IMG/VR virus record: IMGVR_UViG_3300042892_005961
Coordinates: 124,001-188,000 of that record
Direction: 5' to 3' (one strand)
DNA length: 64,000 bases
Below are positions 1 through 8,110 of this stretch, piece after piece. Made by a program: the position numbers and the translations under genes. Below the pieces are notes generated by a model. That model was given only the letters and a program-made list of their open reading frames with translations. It was not told the origin of the DNA and did not search any database. How positions within the stretch are numbered: the first letter of the stretch is position 1; each line of letters begins with the position of its first letter.

Positions 1-264
1 TTTAAATTGTATTCCGTTTTTAAATTTTGTTTTACTAATGACACTAATCGCCGCAATTGTTTTTCTTAATAATTCAAATTGTTCTCTGTCCAATGTTGCT
101 GTTCCATTTTTTTCATAGTTCTTCTGTGCAATCTCAGTCATATGTTTGTAAAACAATTCTTCATCTGAATTACTTAAAAAAAATTCTTTTGCTTCTAAAT
201 TGGTTTCAAAGTAATTTTTAACCGATTGAAGATATATTAAAACTTCAGGCGATAATTTATCCAT
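1..264 (-). CDS. hypothetical protein, 5' part (runs off left edge)
   Basis: Hand translation from ATG at 264 (TAATG overlap with nusG stop): MDKLSPEVLIYLQSVKNYFETNLEAKEFF..., no stop before position 1. Confidence 0.6.
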   Translation of the reverse strand, partial: MDKLSPEVLIYLQSVKNYFETNLEAKEFFLSNSDEELFYKHMTEIAQKNYEKNGTATLDREQFELLRKTIAAISVISKTKFKNGIQFK

Positions 265-788
265 TAAGGTTTCTGTATTTGGTCCAAAGTTAACGAAACT
301 GCAGTATTTCTTCCAAATATTTTTATTTCTACGTCAACACGATCACCTTTTACTTCTTTAATAATACCACTAAATTCTTTGAATGGTCCTTCACATACTA
401 TAATAGATTCTCCTGTATCAAATTTTAATTTTTTACTTTCAATATGTTCTTCTAATGTATCATCTTTCAATATACGTCTAACGTCAGTATCTTTTAATAA
501 CATTGGCATCCTATCACCCATCATACCCATAATATTAGGTATTAAAGATATTACCTTCAAATCATCATTTTCTAATTGTTTAAGAGATTCAAAATAAAGA
601 TATCCACTATATAATACTTTTTCTCTAATAACTTTTTTATTTTTAACTACAACGAATTCTTTCTCAGTAGGACAAACAAATCTTACAATTTTATTTATTC
701 TACCTAAACCAATATCTTTATTGAATTGTTCAGTTAATGATCTTTCTTTACCGGGTAAAACTTTTACCACGTACCATGCTGTATTCAT
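264..788 (-). CDS. nusG: transcription termination/antitermination factor NusG
   Basis: NGN domain (WYVVKVLPGKE...PTEK...KVLYSGYLY) plus KOW domain (GESIIVCEGPFKEFSGIIKEV...VEIKIFGRNTAVSL). Confidence 0.9.
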   Translation of the reverse strand: MNTAWYVVKVLPGKERSLTEQFNKDIGLGRINKIVRFVCPTEKEFVVVKNKKVIREKVLYSGYLYFESLKQLENDDLKVISLIPNIMGMMGDRMPMLLKDTDVRRILKDDTLEEHIESKKLKFDTGESIIVCEGPFKEFSGIIKEVKGDRVDVEIKIFGRNTAVSLTLDQIQKP

Positions 789-793
789 GTCCT

Positions 794-1807
794 TTATTTT
801 ATATCCTTTAATTTATTCTTTAGTTCCGTTTCTAATTTTTTTAATCTTTTTTCTTCTTCTTTTCTTTCTTTTTCTACTTGTCTTGCCTTTTTTAAAATAT
901 CTCTTATTTTTCTTTCTTCTATCAATCTGTGTTTTTTCTCTTCTTTACCTTCAACTTGTGGAGCCTTATAATTCATAATCAATAATTCCGTTCCTTCATT
1001 TTGTGTTCCGTCTTTCTTAGCTGCAGCCGCTTTCTTAAAATTCTCGGTTCTCCATTCAAATTGATCTTTTGGAAACCATTCAACTAATTGAGGGAAATTG
1101 TAATATGATAAACTAAATTTACCTTCAATACTTTTCATACACTCCGCTAATCTAATATGATCGTTAACATCAAAATCGTGATTAGAATAATAGTTCTCAG
1201 TTTTCCAATATGGTGGATCCATATAGAAATATGTTGTCGGTGAATCATATTGTTTTACAACATCACAAAAATCTTTGTTCTCAACAAAACTAATACGATC
1301 AATGTGTTCTCTATATTTTGGGTTCTTTAACTTATCCATAAAAATTAAAACCTTACAACGATAGGCACCTTTATAATCTGTATATGAAGATGTTTCAGGT
1401 TTTGACCCTGAGAATACTTGTGTCAACACATACACATACTTACAAGTTATTTCTAAACTATTCTCTTCTGTTATAACTAATTCAGGATTAAATACTTCTT
1501 TCTGATATTGATTAAACATTTGTTCATATTCAGGTGGTGTGTCTTCAACTCCAACCGTTTGACATGGGTACGTTGATAACGCCTGATGTAAAACATCATA
1601 TTGTTTAGTCCACTTCATTAAGTTCGCATTAAGACGATTAAAGTCATTATAAACGACCGTTTTTAGATTTGGGAACTTGGTCAAATCCATATTAAAAAAT
1701 ACCCAAAACATACCACTAAAACCTTCTACGTATGTTTCAATATCTGTGGGTATATGTGGAACAATCCATTTACCTATTCGTGCCTTTCCTCCAATGTAAC
1801 TAATCAT
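794..1807 (-). CDS. dam: DNA adenine methyltransferase, Dam/D12 class, with charged C-terminal extension
   Basis: YIGGK start, YVEGFSGMFWV SAM motif, YNDFN, catalytic YMDPPY. Confidence 0.85.
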   Translation of the reverse strand: MISYIGGKARIGKWIVPHIPTDIETYVEGFSGMFWVFFNMDLTKFPNLKTVVYNDFNRLNANLMKWTKQYDVLHQALSTYPCQTVGVEDTPPEYEQMFNQYQKEVFNPELVITEENSLEITCKYVYVLTQVFSGSKPETSSYTDYKGAYRCKVLIFMDKLKNPKYREHIDRISFVENKDFCDVVKQYDSPTTYFYMDPPYWKTENYYSNHDFDVNDHIRLAECMKSIEGKFSLSYYNFPQLVEWFPKDQFEWRTENFKKAAAAKKDGTQNEGTELLIMNYKAPQVEGKEEKKHRLIEERKIRDILKKARQVEKERKEEEKRLKKLETELKNKLKDIK

Positions 1808-1879
1808 TAATCATTTATTTATATCAAAAAATATAACCAAAATATTTGATAAAGAGAAATTTAAAGTATATATTTTATT

Positions 1880-2020
1880 ATGGCTTGTAAAACATGTAAA
1901 GAAAAGGGTGATATCAAAGATGCTGGTAGTTTTGTACCTACAGGAGTTATCGTATTTGCGATAATTTGGACCTGTTTTGGTATCTATGGTGTTTATTCTT
2001 TAATTCATAAATTTCTATGA
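1880..2020 (+). CDS. small membrane protein with N-terminal CxxC (46 aa)
   Basis: Hand translation MACKTCKEKGDIKDAGSFVPTGVIVFAIIWTCFGIYGVYSLIHKFL*; ATGA overlap with next ORF. Confidence 0.55.
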   Translation: MACKTCKEKGDIKDAGSFVPTGVIVFAIIWTCFGIYGVYSLIHKFL

Positions 2021-2655
2021 AAAAGGGAAAATATTTTATAGTTCTTTTTTGTAATAAAAAAAGAGTCAAAGTATTATACCGTTGTATGAAAAGAACCACC
2101 GTATATGAATATTGGAGGGAATTTAAAACACAGCGTGTACCTCCATTTCTAAAAGTACAGGGTAGTAAACGCAAACAGGAGTTAGTATATGAGATTGCTT
2201 TAATCTTCCCAAATAACCGTTGGGCAACTGCAACATACGTTAAAGATAGTTTGGGTAGGAATACAAAAGCTAAGATTGAAGACGATAAATTTCGTATCAA
2301 AGAAATCTTACCATATTGGCAAGAAGAGTTAATCTATGATCTTCAAACAAAGAAAAGAATCAGATATCATGAGATGGTGGATAAAATTCTACCGATAACT
2401 GAAATTACTCAAATATTCACTTTAAATAAAAATCTATTTGTTCAGATTGAGGATGACGTTAAAATGTATGGAAATAAAAACCTTAATGACTCTGACAGAT
2501 TATTTGAATTACTAAAACAGGATCTACTTAAAAAGAAAAAGACGAACTTTATGTTCGTCAAAGACATTACAACCTATCAAAGAAAACAATTATATAAATT
2601 GTTAGAGTCTAAAGGATTCAATAGACGTGAATTATTTAGACATTACTCATATTAA
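2017..2655 (+). CDS. hypothetical protein
   Basis: 212-aa ORF, coupled to upstream small ORF, converges on the minus-strand operon. Confidence 0.7.
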   Translation: MKKGKYFIVLFCNKKRVKVLYRCMKRTTVYEYWREFKTQRVPPFLKVQGSKRKQELVYEIALIFPNNRWATATYVKDSLGRNTKAKIEDDKFRIKEILPYWQEELIYDLQTKKRIRYHEMVDKILPITEITQIFTLNKNLFVQIEDDVKMYGNKNLNDSDRLFELLKQDLLKKKKTNFMFVKDITTYQRKQLYKLLESKGFNRRELFRHYSY

Positions 2656-2869
2656 AGATAATATCTACTTCACCTATACTAATTGTAAATGTTTCTTCTG
2701 GTTTTTCAATTCTTCTTCCGTATTTTTTTTGTATAACATTAAACGCAATTAAAAATTCTTCCTCTTTTAAGTTTAATACAATAGTTTTTGATTCCGTATT
2801 TGTGTTTAACTTTTCTAATAAGTCACTTATAATGGCCAATTGATTTAATAACTCACCTTTTTTTTCCAT
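2636..2869 (-). CDS. hypothetical protein
   Basis: 77-aa ORF in tightly overlapping operon. Confidence 0.6.
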   Translation of the reverse strand: MEKKGELLNQLAIISDLLEKLNTNTESKTIVLNLKEEEFLIAFNVIQKKYGRRIEKPEETFTISIGEVDIIFNMSNV

Positions 2870-3050
2870 AACCTAATATCTTTAATAATTTATCTATTAT
2901 AGATACTTTCTTTTTTGGTTTAAACAACTCTTCCTTATTAATTTTTTTTATTTCATCAATCATCCTCGTCTTCTGTATCTCCACTTCCTTCTGATCCTTC
3001 TTCATTTCCTTGTCCAACCAATTCAATCCCTGTTGTAATTTCTTGTCCAT
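2853..3050 (-). CDS. hypothetical basic protein
   Basis: 65-aa ORF, helical K/E-rich. Confidence 0.6.
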   Translation of the reverse strand: MDKKLQQGLNWLDKEMKKDQKEVEIQKTRMIDEIKKINKEELFKPKKKVSIIDKLLKILGYGKKR

Positions 3051-3411
3051 AATTATCAGTTAGATTTATCTCTTTTAATTTATCTAAAGTTTCTGTTTTA
3101 AATAATTCTTGTAATTCTTTTACTTTTTGGTGGAATAACTTTTGTTTTTCTTCTTCCTCCTTATTATATCTAAATATTTCATCCGCACACGCAAATACAA
3201 CGTCGTAACCTTCTTGAGTTGCTTGTGAGATAAACGATACTAAATTAAATTTATCGTTTTTATCCTGCACTTTTAAAGTAACAGTTCTATATGGTTTTAC
3301 TATATCTTCATACTTCCAAGATAAAGGTACTTTAATGTCTAAACTAACATTATTTTGTATCTCTCTTAAAGAATGAAAATGTGGTCTTAATGATTTTATT
3401 TCTTCAAACAC
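2956..3411 (-). CDS. hypothetical protein with acidic tail
   Basis: 151-aa ORF; last ~31 codons overlap the next gene. Confidence 0.65.
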   Translation of the reverse strand: MFEEIKSLRPHFHSLREIQNNVSLDIKVPLSWKYEDIVKPYRTVTLKVQDKNDKFNLVSFISQATQEGYDVVFACADEIFRYNKEEEEKQKLFHQKVKELQELFKTETLDKLKEINLTDNYGQEITTGIELVGQGNEEGSEGSGDTEDEDD

Positions 3412-3415
3412 GGTA

Positions 3416-3598
3416 TTAAGTTAAAATGTAGGTTATTATATATGAAGATGCAACTAATAGGACTATTTGTTCCACATTAGATAATTTCATCGGTTCAGGA
3501 TTTTCTTGAAATAATTTTACAATAAATTCAAGTAAAAATTTTGTAAGATATAATATACCTAATACAAAAAAGAAAAGTTTAATTTGTTGCATCATCAT
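3416..3598 (-). CDS. small membrane protein, two hydrophobic segments
   Basis: LFFFVLGILYLTKFLLEF and IVLLVASSYIITYIL. Confidence 0.55.
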   Translation of the reverse strand: MMMQQIKLFFFVLGILYLTKFLLEFIVKLFQENPEPMKLSNVEQIVLLVASSYIITYILT

Positions 3599-3770
3599 GT
3601 TGTTTCATTTCATCAAGGATCTCTTTTCTGTAGACTCCAATTAATTGTTTTATTTCTTGGGCGTATTTTCTTGCTCTAATAGAAGCACTTCTGTTACCCT
3701 TTCCATAAACCTTCTCCGTGTCAACTTTCATCTTCATGAAAAGTTCGTCAATTTTTTTTAAGGTTTCCAT
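3579..3770 (-). CDS. histone H1-like (Hc1 family) nucleoid protein
   Basis: KGNRSASIRARKYAQEIKQL matches the GNKAAGxRARKxxxEL motif of Hc1/Bacteroidota histone H1-like proteins. Confidence 0.7.
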   Translation of the reverse strand: METLKKIDELFMKMKVDTEKVYGKGNRSASIRARKYAQEIKQLIGVYRKEILDEMKQHDDATN

Positions 3771-3809
3771 ATTTTATTACGATTTTAATATCAATATATG
3801 GAAAAAAAT

Positions 3810-4265
3810 TCACTTTTTCAAGTTTTGTTCTAACAATTTGTATAATTCCGTTAACATATCCAGTTCAGATCTGGTTTTTCGGTGAACAAAGTCAAAAAGT
3901 ACATAAAAATATTCTGGTATTCTTATTGTATTTTCTAAATTCTTAGGGTAATAATAAGCCTCTAAATAGAAATTCCACATATATTCATATGCGTTACCCC
4001 TTTCTTTAAAATAAATTTTTTCTTTACTAAAACTATCCACCGCTTTATCCCAACACCATGTAAAATGGTTCATTTGATCATCGGTTGTTTTAACCGCATC
4101 GGGACCTAAATAAGTTTCTTCAATTAAATTATATAGTGAAATGAGAAAATCATAGAAAAGTTCAGTCTTTTCTCTACTAATATTGTATGCTCTATACCAT
4201 ACATCAATTTGTTGTTTGTAATTTTCCGAGCCAATAAACTCTAAATAATTCTCTTTATTTTCCAT
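3810..4265 (-). CDS. hypothetical protein
   Basis: ORF track 157 aa; ATG start at 4265 preferred because a TATATTTG box lies just upstream. Confidence 0.7.
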   Translation of the reverse strand: MENKENYLEFIGSENYKQQIDVWYRAYNISREKTELFYDFLISLYNLIEETYLGPDAVKTTDDQMNHFTWCWDKAVDSFSKEKIYFKERGNAYEYMWNFYLEAYYYPKNLENTIRIPEYFYVLFDFVHRKTRSELDMLTELYKLLEQNLKK

Positions 4266-4280
4266 AACTTCATTATAATA

Positions 4281-4288
4281 CAAATATA
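4281..4288 (-). promoter_or_regulatory. Bacteroidota-type -7 promoter box TATATTTG (TAnnTTTG)
   Basis: Exact match 15 nt upstream of ATG 4265. Confidence 0.5.
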
Positions 4289-4315
4289 AAGATTAATGAA
4301 AAGATTTAAAAGGTA

Positions 4316-5647
4316 TTATTGAGTTTTTTCGTTGTATTTAAACATTTTCTTCATCTTCTCAACTTCTTCGTTGATTGATTTAGATTTAACCGGAACGGCT
4401 TGTTTGTTATATAACTCTCTATTGTCCTTATCCTTTTGTCTGTCTTTAACTTGTTTTTCAATTCCTTTCGCCGTTTCGGGTGTTGGAATTACATTGCCAT
4501 CTTTATCTTTAGGTTCTTCTCCAAGTTTAGCACCATTAGATGGTTTAACATTTGTCTTTTCTGTTGTCGGTGCATTACCAGTTGTTGAATGTCCTTCGAT
4601 TGATTTCTTTAATCTATCTTTAAATTGTTGAGATGGTTCAATATCATAATCTAAATTTTCTAATCCTGCAAAGTTTTTCTTAATTTCATCTTCTTGTTCC
4701 GGTGTGTTCTTTCTTGCAACTTTTTCACCTTTACCAATTGCCTTAGGAAATTCAGGATTATCGTTACCGTCAAACTTCATTGTTGCTGCGATTTTCTTTT
4801 CAACTGCGGCAATATTAGCCTTGTTTTCTTTACCACTTTCAGTGTGTGATTTTTTAGCGGCATCTAAACCAGGTATTGATTCACTAACCATTTTAGCGAT
4901 CATTTTAGTTAATTCAGTTTCAGTTAAACGTATTGTCTTCTTTTTTGATTCATACATACCTCCACCACACTCACACATTTCTTTACCACATTTTTCACAA
5001 CTTTTCTTTTCTTCACCCATTTCATCAGGTGTTTCTTCACTATTATCTACATAACTATGTTTTCTTCTTCGACCTCTTAACATTTCTTCAAAATCATCCC
5101 CACCTTCTTCCTCTTCTTCCATATAACCACCACCACATTCATCACATTCTTCTTCATTGGATGGATTTTTTATCTTTCCACTTCCACCACACTCTTCACA
5201 ACCGTTACCTTTACAAACTGGACACCAACGATCTTTTTCTTCTTTTACGTCATATTCCTTATCTCCAACTTTAAATTCTTTTTCACCTTTTAATTTAGCG
5301 GCAGCTAACGCACCACTAAATGCGTTTCCTTCCTCTGGTTGCATTTCTGTATTTTCCATATCGTTTGTTTCTTCTAATTGATCATTCATTTCATCTAATT
5401 TATCTAACATATCGTCGTGTGATTCATAAACACCTTTTTCGATAATAAGTTCTTTACCTGGATGCATTTCTTTAAATTTATCCATATCATTTTCAGCCTC
5501 TTCTTGACTACTATATGTACCTAAAGGAATACCTTCACATTTGATGTGGTATACTTCTTTATTACCTTCAGCTTCTTCCATTATAGTTTTTCTAACTTCG
5601 TCAGTAACTATACTTTCTATTAGTTGTTTGATTTCACTTACTTTCAT
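4316..5647 (-). CDS. acidic putative internal head/scaffold-like protein with Cys-rich zinc-finger-like motifs
   Basis: E/D-rich; CPVCKGNGCEECGGSG and CEKCGKEMCEC; LTETELTKMIAKMVSES-type helices; TATTTATA box upstream. Confidence 0.5.
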   Translation of the reverse strand: MKVSEIKQLIESIVTDEVRKTIMEEAEGNKEVYHIKCEGIPLGTYSSQEEAENDMDKFKEMHPGKELIIEKGVYESHDDMLDKLDEMNDQLEETNDMENTEMQPEEGNAFSGALAAAKLKGEKEFKVGDKEYDVKEEKDRWCPVCKGNGCEECGGSGKIKNPSNEEECDECGGGYMEEEEEGGDDFEEMLRGRRRKHSYVDNSEETPDEMGEEKKSCEKCGKEMCECGGGMYESKKKTIRLTETELTKMIAKMVSESIPGLDAAKKSHTESGKENKANIAAVEKKIAATMKFDGNDNPEFPKAIGKGEKVARKNTPEQEDEIKKNFAGLENLDYDIEPSQQFKDRLKKSIEGHSTTGNAPTTEKTNVKPSNGAKLGEEPKDKDGNVIPTPETAKGIEKQVKDRQKDKDNRELYNKQAVPVKSKSINEEVEKMKKMFKYNEKTQ

Positions 5648-5649
5648 AT

Positions 5650-6498
5650 CTATATAAATATATCTTTAATCTCATTTAATACGATATTTTCCACTTGTTT
5701 ACGTGGTAAACCGTATGTTTTTGAGATTTCGTTTATTATTTGTTGTATTTCTTTGTCTTCATTAACGTATTCAATTGCTCCTGTATTACCTTGATTACAA
5801 TATGGGAACTTCTTACATTTCTCTTTTACCTTAACAAAAACACTATCGGGTCCACCCCATTTAGGGAAATTCTTATCCTTAACCGCCCTACCTTTGTAGA
5901 TACTATTAGGTCCGTCAATCTTCAATGGGTCTTTACGACCACCAGAGGTTGATTTACCGAACGCAGGGACATCAAATGCACCTGAAGAACTTGAATCTGT
6001 TACTTCCCCTAATTCTTGTTCGTTTGGTTCAAAATTAGGTATTTTAGATATTTTTCTTTTAATCACATCTCCGTCTCCTCCAAACGCCGATCCTTCAAAA
6101 GAACCTGACGAATCTGCACCTGTTTCTTTAACCTCTTCCGCTTTCTTTTTTGTCATATCCACAACCCACAATTTGGGGTTGATACCTTTACCAATTAAAC
6201 CAGCAAGTCTTGTATTACCACCTAAAAGGTCATAATCGTTCTCACCAAATTTAACTACCATTGGTATTTCAACTTCACCCTCTTTAAAATGCTTTTCAAA
6301 TCTTTTTTTCTTTTCATCCTCAAGTGTATCATAATCTAAATCCACATTATTCAATACTTCTTTAATTGAATTAAAATTAGAAATTTCAAAATCTTTAGAT
6401 GCTTTCTCTAACCACTTGTCCTTACCCATCTTTTCAAATTCACGGTAACGAAGAGCCTCACTCCACTCATGTTCAAAGTTTGGTTTAGAATACTTCAT
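5650..6498 (-). CDS. putative head-associated protein with ParB/Srx-like N-terminal domain
   Basis: IPMVVKFGENDYDLLGGNTRLAGL resembles the ParB-like core; duplicated ETGADSSGSF / EVTDSSSSGAF motif. Confidence 0.45.
   Translation of the reverse strand: MKYSKPNFEHEWSEALRYREFEKMGKDKWLEKASKDFEISNFNSIKEVLNNVDLDYDTLEDEKKKRFEKHFKEGEVEIPMVVKFGENDYDLLGGNTRLAGLIGKGINPKLWVVDMTKKKAEEVKETGADSSGSFEGSAFGGDGDVIKRKISKIPNFEPNEQELGEVTDSSSSGAFDVPAFGKSTSGGRKDPLKIDGPNSIYKGRAVKDKNFPKWGGPDSVFVKVKEKCKKFPYCNQGNTGAIEYVNEDKEIQQIINEISKTYGLPRKQVENIVLNEIKDIFI
5653..5660 (-). promoter_or_regulatory. candidate late promoter TATTTATA
   Basis: 5 nt upstream of ATG 5647; recurrent motif. Confidence 0.5.
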
Positions 6499-6737
6499 TA
6501 TTTAACAGATTTTAAAGCAGTTTCCCAAAATGATTTTCTCTGCCATAGGGTCTTGAATAATTCAACTACTACTTTGGTTGATAAATCAATTATTTTATCG
6601 TCTATCTTTTTTGTTCCTAACTCGTCTTGGATCATCTTCACGACAATCTTATGGGCCTGTGTTGTGTCCATAAAAGATTTAATCTCTTTCTTTGTAATAT
6701 TCTCAATTTCTCTCTTGTCTTGATCTGTTAGTGCCAT
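6498..6737 (-). CDS. hypothetical protein
   Basis: 79-aa ORF, TAATG-coupled to the downstream gene. Confidence 0.65.
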   Translation of the reverse strand: MALTDQDKREIENITKKEIKSFMDTTQAHKIVVKMIQDELGTKKIDDKIIDLSTKVVVELFKTLWQRKSFWETALKSVK

Positions 6738-6740
6738 TTA

Positions 6741-7259
6741 TTAGTTAGTTTTTCTCTCTTGTATTAATGGGTTCATTGCGGTTTCAAATGTTTCTTGAAA
6801 CTTAGCTAATTTTTCTAATTCATTTGCAACATCTTGTTCCAATTTTAACATGTCGGCATTGATATATGCTCCTGACTCTTTACCCGCAATAAAAACAAAA
6901 CTAATGTCTTGGTCTGTTAATGAACCATCCAATCTAACTTGATCGGGAGCAATTGTGATACCAGGAGTAAAGTCGGCAATTTGTGAAACTTGTTGTTTAA
7001 AATTATCGATTAACTGAGATATGGCTGTTTTTTCACTATCTTGTAATGTTAAATCTGCCTCATCTGAAGAATTCATTTTAATTTCAACATCATTTACTAC
7101 CATGACGTCATTCTTAAGATTTTCTTCGGATTTATCCACCTCAGGTGATTGGAATCCAACCGCCTCGTTTAATGTTCTATTTGATGCCTTTGATTCTGTT
7201 ATAGTCCTAATGGTCTTTAACATACCTTTCATTACATCGTAATCATTTTTAGTTTTCAT
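6741..7259 (-). CDS. hypothetical (possibly head-associated) protein
   Basis: ORF track 180 aa; ATG at 7259 (MKTKND) preferred. Confidence 0.65.
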   Translation of the reverse strand: MKTKNDYDVMKGMLKTIRTITESKASNRTLNEAVGFQSPEVDKSEENLKNDVMVVNDVEIKMNSSDEADLTLQDSEKTAISQLIDNFKQQVSQIADFTPGITIAPDQVRLDGSLTDQDISFVFIAGKESGAYINADMLKLEQDVANELEKLAKFQETFETAMNPLIQERKTN

Positions 7260-7851
7260 TTGCATTGTTAAAAAAAACCCCAAAGTTAAAGGAAGGGTTT
7301 ATATCTGTATAAATACTTGAAAAATTGGATTTACATACTATCCCTGTGAAATTTGAAGCATTTTCCAAGTATCCGTGGGATGGTACCACTTGTTTAGTTA
7401 TTTTATGTTTATCACACAACTCATTACAAAGTTCAGAAAGGGATTTTAATTGGGTTTCGGAGTATACGTCCCAAAAATAATAGTTCCTCCAATTACGGAT
7501 ATGTGGTTCACCTCTGTATGGGTCTCCAATCCAATTATAAAGGACACCAGTGATGGTATCTTTGTTCAACCATCCTAAGTTCTCGACGGCTATTTTGATC
7601 TGTTTTTTGTCTATCTGAGGGTCATTAAATGTATTGGAACTATGGTCGGTATCAAACAGTTGATAAACTACACCTAATTTAGATATAACATAATGAGGGA
7701 CATCTTTATATTTCCCATTTAGACGATATTTCATTTTACTTAAAAAATCATCTAATCTTCTTTGGGTGTCGTATAGGAATATTTGTGTCTTCTTAGACTT
7801 TCTACGAGTAATATTTAAATTATCTAAAATTTCTACGTCTTGAACTAACAT
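7249..7851 (-). CDS. Amidase_2 (N-acetylmuramoyl-L-alanine amidase) fold protein with degenerate active site
   Basis: QIFLYDT, PHYVISKLGVVYQLFD, YSETQLKSLSELC, GIVCKSN..TDINP follow the amidase scaffold, but the His/Glu positions are substituted. Confidence 0.7.
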   Translation of the reverse strand: MLVQDVEILDNLNITRRKSKKTQIFLYDTQRRLDDFLSKMKYRLNGKYKDVPHYVISKLGVVYQLFDTDHSSNTFNDPQIDKKQIKIAVENLGWLNKDTITGVLYNWIGDPYRGEPHIRNWRNYYFWDVYSETQLKSLSELCNELCDKHKITKQVVPSHGYLENASNFTGIVCKSNFSSIYTDINPSFNFGVFFNNANEN

Positions 7852-8110
7852 TTCTCGATATAACTTTTTCTCCTTGTGGTAGTGTGTTTATTTCTTCTTC
7901 GGACGTTGGTATGATTGTTTTATTATTTTCCAAATCATATATTACTTGATTTGGGTTGGTATCGTCAGATTCCCAATATAAAGTCTCCTCTTTAGAATCT
8001 ATTAATTCTAACGTTTGGATTTGCTCTTGGGGGAGTGTATTTTCTATTGTTAACGAAACCAAGTCCACCTTCAATTCCTCCAATGTCGGAGTTAGGGACT
8101 CTTCTAATTT
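7820..8110 (-). CDS. -1 frame extension of the upstream membrane protein (or separate TTG-start ORF 7820..8083)
   Basis: Frame is open from the A10 run: KLEESLTPTLEELKVD...RRRNFR*. Confidence 0.55.
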   Translation of the reverse strand, partial: KLEESLTPTLEELKVDLVSLTIENTLPQEQIQTLELIDSKEETLYWESDDTNPNQVIYDLENNKTIIPTSEEEINTLPQGEKVISRNVSSRRRNFR

